Virus record (IMG/VR): IMGVR_UViG_3300042466_000346
Coordinates: 1 to 58,931 of that record
Direction: 5' to 3' (one strand)
Source: a virus
Taxonomy: Duplodnaviria > Caudoviricetes
Length of the DNA stretch: 58,931 nucleotides
Both the position numbers and the translations under genes were made by a program. Below, piece by piece: positions 38,701 to 46,912 of this stretch; position 1 is the first letter of the stretch, and each line of letters opens with the position of its first letter. Below the pieces are notes generated by a model. That model was given only the letters and a program-made list of their open reading frames with translations, did no database searches and was not told the origin of the DNA.

Positions 38701-41700
38701 TAAAGGTAAGATCACATACAAAGCTAAAAACAAAGCAGGTAAGTACCAGCACATTACAGGTAAACCAGAGGTTCAAGCAAAACGAGTAGCAGAAGCTTTT
38801 ACTAACATCCGCTACAACGTAAATAAGGATAACCTAGACTTAAATGGTCCATTCTCTTTGATCAAGATGCTGGGAAACCAGTTGGCTGTAATACCTTTTA
38901 ACACTTACGAAGGTATGCTTAAGAGCGATGAGTTTGGTGCCAAAGTTAGTACAACCGTAAACCAAACCTTTGCTTTAGATAGTGAGTACACTATCCATAC
39001 AGAAGACACACTTCTTCCAGAACAAGCAGGTGTTGAGGTAACTGTGCATCCAACTGCAGATACTGTCTCTACTCAACCTACAGATGCTGTAGCTGATATA
39101 GAAAGAAGAAGACAAGAAGAGTTAGCAGAATTTGATGTTTTTGTAAAACGAGAAGATGGTAGACGACAAAAACCTCTTAGTAAAGATTTTATAGAAGATA
39201 CAATTTCTAAAGTAAATGCTAAGTATGATGCCGAACTAGCTGCTTTAAGTGACGTCGACGATTTGGATGATGACATCGACTACGACTCTATCTTTGGTGA
39301 TATTGCACCTGATGATGTACTAGAGCGTTCTTTACTTTTACAGAACACTATCTCTGAGCAAGAGAACAATGCTGCTCAAGTTTGGGTAGAGAACAGCCCT
39401 ATCTTCAAAGGCACTAGATTTATCTTTGACAAGACCATAGCACACCCCACTGCTTATGCAGTTTGGTCTAAGGCTGGTGTGTTCTTGTTTGAAGGAGCAA
39501 ACTATGCAGAAGGTTATCACGAAGCATGGCATGAATTCTCTCAGTACTACTTGACTAAAGAACAGAAAGATTCTTTGTATGCACAGGCTAGAAAAATCTA
39601 CGGAGACTTAAGTCTAGTAGAACTTGAAGAAAAACTTGCAGAAGACTTCAGACAATTTGCTTTATCTAACGGTAAAGTATTCCCTGAAGGAATCAAAGCC
39701 AACAAAGAAGCTAAGAGTGTGTTCCAGAAAATCTGGGACTTCATTACCAACTTTGTTTCTGACAAGAAGACAGTTGATTTCTACTTTGGTCAGTTGTACA
39801 AAGGTCAAATCAGTAGTTACACTCGTAACGAAGACCAAGCCTACTTCAAGGAACTTAACAGTAGCAAACTTGTAGTTAACCTTGCTGACGGAACTAAGAA
39901 AGCCTTTAGCTTTAAAGAGGGTGATGAGATTCTAAATCAGTTTGACTCTCTCTTCGTTAGCATGGCTAACCGTTTGGTTTCTCAACTTAATGGTTCTGTG
40001 GTTAACGTACTTGACAATAAAGCTTACATAGTTCGTACTTATAAAGCAGTAGATGGTGCTTTACAATTAGCCCAGGCTAAATACAATCAATTGGTTGCAG
40101 AAAATCCAACACCACTACGAGTTGCTCGTAAAGAGTACCTTGATATGTTGGTAGGTAATCGTCAGACATTGTTCTTGTTCCACAAGACAGCTTCTACTTT
40201 GTTCTCAGATAAAGTTAAGCAAGCACTTAACGAAGAGGTGGTAGATGCTACGTTGATGGATGACATGCCTGCATTTGGTCAGTTTGAGAGTGCAGTTAAC
40301 GAGCAGTCTCAAAAACTTAAGGCAGCCCCATTGATTATCACCGCTATCAAGAGTTTGCCTCAATATAAAAACAACCTCCCTGTAAAGGACAAGGTGTTTG
40401 GGGTGAACAAGATTGGTGACTTTGATACTAACTGGAACATCTTACAGAGAACTTTATCTGGTACTAACAGTTACGCAGATATGTATAGAAGGATTCAAGA
40501 CTTGACTACTCGTTATGGTCAGTTCCGACAACTCCTTTCTTACCTGCCTAAACCCTCTGAGACTGATGTAAAGCAGAGTACGCTAAACTTTAAGAACGCT
40601 TTCTTCAATACCTTCTCTATGCCATACATAGATGGGTATACAAATGAAATCACAACCACTACTGAAAAGGATGGTCAAACTAAAGTAACCCACGCTATCT
40701 ACAAAGCACAGTCACTAGACTCTAAAAACTTGCGTCGTGCCTGGGATAACGATTTTTATGTTACTGATGGATTCTATAAGAGTATTGATGGAGAGACTGG
40801 TAGTTACTATCTGAACGCAGATAAATACTTTGAGGATTACCCAACTGTACCGGATGAGCCTATCTTCACCTCAGAAGAGGATAAACTCAACTACCAAGAG
40901 TCTCTGTATGCTATGCTTACTCCACTAGGATTTAACTTTAGTGAGTTTGGTAAGGAGGCTTTGTTTACTATGCCCGTTAAGGATTTCCGTAGACAAGTAG
41001 AACGTATCCATAAAAAGATCATTTCTCTAAGTGAAACACAGCGATACATCTTTACTCCTTTAACTAGTATTTCTTCTGAGCACATTAACTCTGAGGACGA
41101 AGTTGTTTTCTCTGAGCAAACTGCTTTACTTGAACTTATTCAGTTCGAGGTACAAGCTAACGTAGAGTATGTGAACGACATGCAATACAATGCTTTGGGT
41201 AAGAAAGTATGGTCTGTAAATCCACATACTTACATGACAAGAGTTCTTTCTATTATGAATGACTCTACCCTGTATCCTACCTTGGACGATGTATACAGAG
41301 AGTTGCCTCAGTTAGATCCTGCTAAGAACCCTGCTGCTTCTTTCTCTGCTGTAATTAAGTACATGTTTACACCAGCCGGTAACAGAAGACTGAATCCTGA
41401 TAACTCTACTAGAACTCTTGATATTGCTAACTTGTTGGGTGTTAAAGAAGGTTTTGATGGAGAGAAGACCATTGATGTTGTAACCCCTGTAAAACATTAC
41501 ACAGATGTTATGGGCTTACTAGCTTCTGGTGTTGAAGAGGTTAACCGTTTCTCAGGTAAGAGCACTACACGTGGTTTGGTACTTGATGACAGATTCCGCT
41601 ATGAGTTAGGGATGAAGTCTGCTTTTACCTACAACAATAGTTTGGTGATTCCCGATGCAGTATTTGCGAATAGTATTTTGCCAATACTCTTTGGTGAGAT

Positions 41701-44700
41701 TTACACAACCCTAAACCCTTCTAGTAAGTTCCGAGTATCTGTAATGGAGAATGAAACTACTCCTATCTTATCTTATTTTCAGCAGATTCTTGAGCCAGCT
41801 GTTCGTGCCCAGTTGTTTGCTAGCTTTAAGGAAGAGTCTAACCTAGCTAACTATACTCTAGTATATGACAAGTTACCTACTGACTTGAAAAATAAAGTAA
41901 TCAAACAATTCAGTGCGTATATCTACGACAACATTCAGGCAAGTAATGCTTTCTTCCAGGGTGTTTATTCTGTTCCTTTTGAAGACTTGGCAAAGTACCA
42001 TGTACTAAGCTTTATCTCTCGTGTAGAACAACACAAATTATTCTATGGCCATCCTTACTACTACAAGAATGATAAAGAGATTGAAAAGCGTATCAGTGCT
42101 TGGAATGCTTACGGTAGTTATGCAGTAATAGATCAACAAAACTTAGAGTCTGTTAAGGACGCATACACACAACGTGATGCTTTCTTACATCATAACTCAA
42201 AGAGCAATGCCCCTGTGGATGTTGCTACTGGTATGAGCAGAGACTTATCTAAGATTTCTTACATAGTCCTCAAGGATACCGCTGTGTCTTCTGATACGGC
42301 TAACAACAGTGATGCTTACAACAAAGTAGGCGGCACTAAGAACGGTAAGAAAGTTACCTTAAAACAGTACTACAATGATAAGGATTCTAAGCGTCATGAT
42401 GCAGCTGCGTTCTGTACCATGGACTTCTACAAACGCTTCTACAAGTTGTCTACAGGTGTTAGCGAGGCAATGCGTAAAGAGTTTGATAGACAGGATAGAA
42501 TCTATGCTCTACTTCTTCAGAAACAATCTGGTGTAGATAATCAAGAAGAGTTAGATAAAGTATTGAACGAAGGTCCTTACTATGCATTTAACATTAAGAA
42601 ACTTCAGTATGCAGGTCACGCAGCCATAGAATCAGGTGAAAGTATTCCTGTATTCCACAAGTACTCTGTTAAGCCTATCCTACCTTCTGAATTAGTTACT
42701 AGTCCAGAGTTGGCTCAGATACTTGCTAAAATGCATGCATCAGGTGCTGACTACGCTGTGGTTTCTTCAGGTACTAAGATTGCCGAGACTATTGAGCCAG
42801 TTAACTTGTTTAATGAGGATGGTAGTGTAGATACTAATTTTGTTCCTACAGGTTCTATCGACATGAGATACCTTAAAGAACAGGTGTTGGTAGAGAACAA
42901 GGAAACCTTCATGAGTATTTTTAGTACTCAGTTCAGAAAACTTGCTTACAAAGATTCTGAGAAGAGCGAACTCTACGAGGCTTATAGAAAGTACATCGAT
43001 GAGTTGGTATCTCTAGATAAGATTAGTTTTGTTTCTAAACTAGAAGACCAAGAAAAACTTGTAGAATACTTGCTAAAGGAACTTTCTAAGAAGAACGTAG
43101 CTGAAGCAACTAAAGACTTAATTAAACTTAAAGAGAACGGTGAACTCCAGCATACACTTGATGCTATGATTGACCGTACTGTTATGGAGAGTGCTATTGT
43201 AGCCTCTGTAACGAACGATATCTTAAAACAAAAAGTACCAGGTGCTCAACGAGTTCAGTACCCTGCGTCATTGATTAGGCCCGGAAGAAAGCTTGGTTAC
43301 TACGACCTAGTTACAAATGCTGAGAACAAGAAAGTAATCAAGCAAGCCGAAGCCATGATTTCTTTCTCAAAGGGTTACTATCCTTTGTTAAATTTAATGT
43401 ACAACGGACAGACTATCGGTGAGTTTGATGCAAAAGGTAAGCCAGTAAACATGTCTAGTGCCGTAAGAAGACTTAACGAAGCATTGACTAATCCTATTTT
43501 CGTAGAAGCCAATTCAGCTATCCTAGATAAAGCTTTGACCATTGCAGCGATTCGTGTACCTGGTCAAGATTACAACTCTATGGAAAGCTTCCGTGTTGTT
43601 GAGTTCTTACCCGAAGAGTCAGGAGAAATCATCTTGGTACCTGATGAAATGGTTATCAAGTCTGGTTCGGATTATGATATTGATAAGTTGTTCTGCTATG
43701 ACCCATTCATTGAGTTGGACGGTAGTGTGTTGACTAATAACATTACACCACAACAAGCCTTTGAAGCAAGAGAAGCAGCTAAGCAAGAACTAGAAGCTAT
43801 TAGAGAAACTAAGAAATCTCTATCTAAAGGTATCAATGCTATTCGTAAGCGTATCCAAGAGGTAGTGACTATCGCAGGATTCGATGCAAGCAACACAAGG
43901 CTTAAAGACCTGTACAAAATGTACACAGACTTTAATGCTGAGCAAGAGGAAGAAGACAGACCTATTAGTCAAGAAGATGTAGCTAGGCTTGCTAACTTCT
44001 TTAAGGAACCCTACGAGACTAAAAAGAAGAAAGCTACCACAGAGATTAAAAAGATTCTAACTGCTCTTAGAACAGCTAATAACGAAGGTCTGAGTGATTC
44101 TTTGTTTGCTTTGAATGAAGAGTTGTCTGCTTTATTGGAGCGTGAGAGATTCCTAACTCACGAGGTTAAGGCTATCCGTGGTCGTTTCTCAAACAACTTA
44201 CTCTTTAACTTGGCAGAACGTTTGACTGATGAATCATTGTTTACTTTGTTACTTCGTCCTAACAGTTCAGATACTGTGACTGAGATGGCAAAGTTGTTTG
44301 GTGAGTCTAACAAGTACACTACGGCTTCTTACACAAACATTGTTAATCCTTTGTACCAATTATATGTGCATCAGTTGAATGCATTCAAAAAGTCTTTGGG
44401 TGTTGATGCAAAATCTAACGTATTGCATGCAATCCTCCAAAAGGCTGGCTTGGTTGTAATTGATAAACAAGCTGTAGAAGATTATCCTCTAGATGCTAAT
44501 GGTAAGTCAACAGGTTTTCTCGATTTCAGTTCTAATTTTGACGTAGAGTACAATAAAACTAAAGGCAAGAAAGGAACTCGTATCGGAGACATCAGTGGTC
44601 AGTTGATTACTGCTCACGTAGATATCGAACGAGACGATAACATTGCTAAGATTTTCCTTAACAATAAACTTACTCCGACTGCTAACTATATGAACATGCT

Positions 44701-46873
44701 TGGCAGCAGGTTTGAGGATATCGTAAAGATGATCAACCTATCTTACAAGAACGTTGATGGTGTTAAGAAGGATTCTTCGATCATCCGATACGCAAGAGGT
44801 AGTGCTAAGTACTTATCTAAACGTGACTTTGTACAAGCTATTCTAAATGAAAAACTAGATAAAGCTTTTGCTTGGTCTAAGAAAACAGGAGAGCCTCTTC
44901 CAGAGTATGCTCAGTTCTTAAATGCTTCTTTGAATCAGTTTGGTACTGAGATTATGGTAAATGCCCTTAAGAAGAGACTGAATGCTTATCGTATCAGTAA
45001 CCCTGACGCATTGCTCAGCGATCAGACTGAGATGGGTGACTTGCTTCGTTTTGTAGGATGGATTGCAACTGAAGAACAGCAAGATAAACTATTCATACTT
45101 TCATCTAATACAGACTTCGATACCTTTACTCCTCAGAACTTTGAGTCGTTCCGTAAAGGTGGTCAAGAATTGGCTGATTTGATGAAGTCTAACTTCTTTA
45201 ATAAAAAGGGTGTTCAGAATGTAATTTTTGAATCTGTAGTATCGCCTTTCCAACTTCAACAAGACATCTTTGATAAGTTGGAAACTATATTCCCAGTATC
45301 TGCAAACAAAACATTAACTAGTCTTATCATCAGACTTCACAGAAGTATGAAGGCTCTTAACTACAGGTTGGATTATGATACCTTCTCAAGAGTATTTAAG
45401 AATGACTTGCTATACTCTTTGTTCAGAAACAACGTACCTCAAGTAGCCGAGTACGAGAAACTTCTAGATAAGCGTAACCTCGGTCACATCAGTACCTTGT
45501 ACAACAACCTTAAGGTTAGATTGGGACAAAGAGGTATTCAGTCTGATAACTTAATCTTTGACGGGGTAGTGTTTACTACCAATGAAGATAGTCAGTTTAT
45601 CAGGGCCGGTTATGTGCAATCAGAGATTGACTACTCAGTAGATATGCTTCGTGAAGACTTCAGTAATGGATTCAACTGGTCTCATCCTAGCCTAGACCCG
45701 ACTAACGAGGATGACCAAAGATTGATTCAAGATATGCAATCGTTCTTCAAGGCTTATGCTTATGCAGGTATCATCGGTACCAACTTGAACAAACGCTATG
45801 ATTCATACTTGCCTTTGATTCCTGAACAGGTTTACACGTTGCCGATGTCTTCTATCATTTCAGAGTTTACTGTTGGCTTGGCTGAAAACATCAAAACCAT
45901 TACAGATGCTTTGGTTGCAGACTATAACGCCAAAGAGAACAAGGAACTATCTGATGTTCTTAAGGAAACTATGACGACCACTAGCGAAGAACGTGGTACT
46001 GTTATCAATAACGTATTGTCTGAACAGATGGATACCTTGCTAGATTCTTTGGGAGATTCACACATAGCTAAGTTTGTTCGTAGGTTCAAGGAAGTACATC
46101 CAGAGTTTAGCCGTACTAAAGACCCTAACATTGACTTGTTCTACTTTAAGGACTACGACTTGACTAGAGAGTCTATCACCCCTAGCAGTAAGGTACTTCA
46201 GTCTAGCTTGACTACCCGTAACGATAATCCAAACCGTGAGTATACGCCTAAAGAAGTACTAGAACTTCAGCCTAATGAAGTTTTTGTATTCGGTGCTAAC
46301 ACACTCGGCCACCACGGATCAGGCTCTGCCGGTTATGCTCAATACAAAAACGGTAAGGCTAACTACAATGTACTAGAACCAGGAACCAAAGGCTACTGGT
46401 CTGAGTACGGAGTTACTGACCGTATTATGCAAGGTACGAACGGTATGTCTTACGGAGTTGTTACGAAGTTCGCATCAATGAAGAACGGTAAACTTAAGAT
46501 AGGTGCTAAGAATAGTATTCCTTTGAGTGCTGTGGAGGAGTCAGTAGTAGGTATGTTAAAGACTGCTGCCGACAATCCTAACTTGAAGTTCTTGGTTACT
46601 GCTATCGGAGTTAAGCAGGCTGGTTGGAACACTCCTCAGATACGTTCAATCTTTGCTAAGCACAATGCTATCATACCTGACAACGTAATTCTTCCTAAGA
46701 TTTTTGAAGTTAGAGACAGTATTGTTCCTACTACAACCACCGATGAATCTGGTAACATTGTACCGCTTGTGCCTGAGAACTTCGAAGCAATCAAAAGAGA
46801 TGCTATCAAGGATACTTTCCAAGAGTTAGCAGACATCAGTAATAACCATGAAAACTTCTGTGGCGGGGCTTAA
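32762..46873 (+). CDS. Virion-packaged DNA-dependent RNA polymerase polyprotein (phi14:2 gp66-like) with zincin and macro-like domains
   Basis: GSDYDIDKL catalytic motif (DYDID 43670-43684), RVPGQ..S, STQFRKL; HEAWH...EEKLAEDF at 39518; C-terminal VFVFGAN..GHHGSG domain. Confidence 0.88.
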   Translation: MPNDPYKIIPGKPLNTPEFRKAQDIIDTADAGIRATKFVDAVDQIQKFEADKAKLEQSVSSGITDILATKAAIDVAPAPSFGDLITAGAELDNMGGLGGTPESVLKKKKDLADFTKDPDIVRAATIYKDKIQNGTPSEIYKAINDLRSSYSAANYNLSKDDRAGFTKSYQDLVNYGKSVAMYKYAQDNVNKWMSEGSALPKNVTPKGLKSQKTTDKEILDMVAGFDGLNIGSKLYNNADLQVFRNTSDQELRSTTGSRALIAGLETQYNRAVSDVLRDKSGELSQKLNGLNNEIKRASTDEQRQALINQRIQVQQAAANIEGLSKKMSLFANEDNFLKANYKDLYEEKQNLKRREYYKNEVDPNETVIFGENSDPGEFFSRTAEMVGANLARTWSGLQSLTGFEKSAFFTGLAADRLAPLSYRMGKDLNKNYQIDESELTRDINGNIVTHDMPVYTDASGERQWSGEAIFEQVLPIVTDIAVTTLVSRATGGLARLAPMGALRWSNIGKTVGLTAEGMNAVRPYVSTFGSVTASTFPRFYAEERRNFKEGGAAGTAFLRAAAEGLTESILPDTDLFLGSRGSVGLLDNAFKRGAGYVGGKVDDLTGGSLGRLNTKLTAQTDLMLSMLPKGMVDRKVMAALLAPGLRKTLSAGTQESIEEVGSLVANYFIDKYAATQNFEYEQNNELTWGSVWETFVTSLGPSAIIGAGTAFGRRSMKEAKDSDGNTIRNSDGTIKYVTDWSTSALAHERANTARWNVANNPEIYKKLISQKKESGEYTAEEAIRQTAVVERMSQKLNEMLPSIKSIKNLNTMLDDPNTMVEYFNDKMFAEELLNVNIDELSDEDRKAYEASVNNTANKLQKTERIIDQYSNMTEIEKRAVIKKLYDDKVAEAQSDNSTIAELLTASFMLDPTDLERRKKDERFQFIADLNDRYQGALVNTLARRVANFKDTLLNNPENLTVRELLTMAEVFAPALDKLEQANMEVPFSPLAQTQQNAELTNIPGPQPLFAAPELAQLIRNELANRSTLTELQAIEQGAMNLNIPDVKREQEFDMALAELSEDELSKGFIEEDAHPEWSPAVRAVITGMLEAHMAEKTNTGNETSLEKKRKATLTNFYGVTLKETDPSAKIAQINKAIREKAALTPARQDFGGRRQPAPVPQRDDNFRGLAAVNPIVFDEFTGYRNSFEAIIRNTDLDESTIKEETAAFSVAVVQVLSGLTTFEDLYSALSGLYPSANLAFSKFFQEAAEGNFDVSTIDGLGLSPSMVSRIFYLAKVATVALTPYQKVENYIQSFYAIESIEELEAFDNAVHPEDPDRRLINNKMVRAKRKEIQTRLSFDMKKNQGFTSTKVGNKTYLFQIIPQPNNKKELRIVDPNTGKSLKRGKVVDTIVSQLITSGQLFDSHDFRYAMTESESIRYVTEDAQIDFLIDQFLGQIGGVYLNKASLDMLASADRPTAFNFSPYTSNKRKDGGMSVMSLEDLASNAELLDSAGLTIDDIVDFLQRHKTQKYVSRVGKAVADRIIKNEVIDGFGVSISDDVVRQLVSAYTSRFTVDPVSNATIDLNNLPFELRNDLVEVMRERNRGTMFEELIPSTDSALNFYDPIMLGMIGDVLDTPAFRNTLDPQYLQYLDEFYEDATNTIYPLNTYEDISGLFSEETTDVSTDQEIENPYDEVIDAAQKTFQVQVDNDYQISLSIIDTDIFDESLLGDPAVSFAYRVLHQYRETGMVGQDYNVLVGSMMDIYKLVLNAEDYQYLVNVKNSPKGTPVDGARIRQILSTEGLPMHNKGFFNYIITNPSTIGSGLGSVFVDSDKQILKFNQAGVVSSEGSPLISTLKKKTPAELALREKITSSPGQILFTKVVGLRSGKEAVVDASKTVGTIVLNTDESNRVITSAFGEYTLFKGGVYIQNNDSVYPFQAVILPSAPDGFVSALVDAFNNGTLPAGLPTELSENPKAFVEYVNALLYLSPKNNGGLILGTNSKGKITYKAKNKAGKYQHITGKPEVQAKRVAEAFTNIRYNVNKDNLDLNGPFSLIKMLGNQLAVIPFNTYEGMLKSDEFGAKVSTTVNQTFALDSEYTIHTEDTLLPEQAGVEVTVHPTADTVSTQPTDAVADIERRRQEELAEFDVFVKREDGRRQKPLSKDFIEDTISKVNAKYDAELAALSDVDDLDDDIDYDSIFGDIAPDDVLERSLLLQNTISEQENNAAQVWVENSPIFKGTRFIFDKTIAHPTAYAVWSKAGVFLFEGANYAEGYHEAWHEFSQYYLTKEQKDSLYAQARKIYGDLSLVELEEKLAEDFRQFALSNGKVFPEGIKANKEAKSVFQKIWDFITNFVSDKKTVDFYFGQLYKGQISSYTRNEDQAYFKELNSSKLVVNLADGTKKAFSFKEGDEILNQFDSLFVSMANRLVSQLNGSVVNVLDNKAYIVRTYKAVDGALQLAQAKYNQLVAENPTPLRVARKEYLDMLVGNRQTLFLFHKTASTLFSDKVKQALNEEVVDATLMDDMPAFGQFESAVNEQSQKLKAAPLIITAIKSLPQYKNNLPVKDKVFGVNKIGDFDTNWNILQRTLSGTNSYADMYRRIQDLTTRYGQFRQLLSYLPKPSETDVKQSTLNFKNAFFNTFSMPYIDGYTNEITTTTEKDGQTKVTHAIYKAQSLDSKNLRRAWDNDFYVTDGFYKSIDGETGSYYLNADKYFEDYPTVPDEPIFTSEEDKLNYQESLYAMLTPLGFNFSEFGKEALFTMPVKDFRRQVERIHKKIISLSETQRYIFTPLTSISSEHINSEDEVVFSEQTALLELIQFEVQANVEYVNDMQYNALGKKVWSVNPHTYMTRVLSIMNDSTLYPTLDDVYRELPQLDPAKNPAASFSAVIKYMFTPAGNRRLNPDNSTRTLDIANLLGVKEGFDGEKTIDVVTPVKHYTDVMGLLASGVEEVNRFSGKSTTRGLVLDDRFRYELGMKSAFTYNNSLVIPDAVFANSILPILFGEIYTTLNPSSKFRVSVMENETTPILSYFQQILEPAVRAQLFASFKEESNLANYTLVYDKLPTDLKNKVIKQFSAYIYDNIQASNAFFQGVYSVPFEDLAKYHVLSFISRVEQHKLFYGHPYYYKNDKEIEKRISAWNAYGSYAVIDQQNLESVKDAYTQRDAFLHHNSKSNAPVDVATGMSRDLSKISYIVLKDTAVSSDTANNSDAYNKVGGTKNGKKVTLKQYYNDKDSKRHDAAAFCTMDFYKRFYKLSTGVSEAMRKEFDRQDRIYALLLQKQSGVDNQEELDKVLNEGPYYAFNIKKLQYAGHAAIESGESIPVFHKYSVKPILPSELVTSPELAQILAKMHASGADYAVVSSGTKIAETIEPVNLFNEDGSVDTNFVPTGSIDMRYLKEQVLVENKETFMSIFSTQFRKLAYKDSEKSELYEAYRKYIDELVSLDKISFVSKLEDQEKLVEYLLKELSKKNVAEATKDLIKLKENGELQHTLDAMIDRTVMESAIVASVTNDILKQKVPGAQRVQYPASLIRPGRKLGYYDLVTNAENKKVIKQAEAMISFSKGYYPLLNLMYNGQTIGEFDAKGKPVNMSSAVRRLNEALTNPIFVEANSAILDKALTIAAIRVPGQDYNSMESFRVVEFLPEESGEIILVPDEMVIKSGSDYDIDKLFCYDPFIELDGSVLTNNITPQQAFEAREAAKQELEAIRETKKSLSKGINAIRKRIQEVVTIAGFDASNTRLKDLYKMYTDFNAEQEEEDRPISQEDVARLANFFKEPYETKKKKATTEIKKILTALRTANNEGLSDSLFALNEELSALLERERFLTHEVKAIRGRFSNNLLFNLAERLTDESLFTLLLRPNSSDTVTEMAKLFGESNKYTTASYTNIVNPLYQLYVHQLNAFKKSLGVDAKSNVLHAILQKAGLVVIDKQAVEDYPLDANGKSTGFLDFSSNFDVEYNKTKGKKGTRIGDISGQLITAHVDIERDDNIAKIFLNNKLTPTANYMNMLGSRFEDIVKMINLSYKNVDGVKKDSSIIRYARGSAKYLSKRDFVQAILNEKLDKAFAWSKKTGEPLPEYAQFLNASLNQFGTEIMVNALKKRLNAYRISNPDALLSDQTEMGDLLRFVGWIATEEQQDKLFILSSNTDFDTFTPQNFESFRKGGQELADLMKSNFFNKKGVQNVIFESVVSPFQLQQDIFDKLETIFPVSANKTLTSLIIRLHRSMKALNYRLDYDTFSRVFKNDLLYSLFRNNVPQVAEYEKLLDKRNLGHISTLYNNLKVRLGQRGIQSDNLIFDGVVFTTNEDSQFIRAGYVQSEIDYSVDMLREDFSNGFNWSHPSLDPTNEDDQRLIQDMQSFFKAYAYAGIIGTNLNKRYDSYLPLIPEQVYTLPMSSIISEFTVGLAENIKTITDALVADYNAKENKELSDVLKETMTTTSEERGTVINNVLSEQMDTLLDSLGDSHIAKFVRRFKEVHPEFSRTKDPNIDLFYFKDYDLTRESITPSSKVLQSSLTTRNDNPNREYTPKEVLELQPNEVFVFGANTLGHHGSGSAGYAQYKNGKANYNVLEPGTKGYWSEYGVTDRIMQGTNGMSYGVVTKFASMKNGKLKIGAKNSIPLSAVEESVVGMLKTAADNPNLKFLVTAIGVKQAGWNTPQIRSIFAKHNAIIPDNVILPKIFEVRDSIVPTTTTDESGNIVPLVPENFEAIKRDAIKDTFQELADISNNHENFCGGA

Positions 46874-46877
46874 TTGA

Positions 46878-46907
46878 TTGTGTAATTTTATTATTAAACT
46901 ATATTTG
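46878..46907 (+). promoter_or_regulatory. Bacteroidota sigma-A promoter
   Basis: TTG 46878-80, 19-nt spacer, TATATTTG 46900-07; ATG only 5 nt further on. Confidence 0.8.
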
Positions 46908-46912
46908 TAAAG

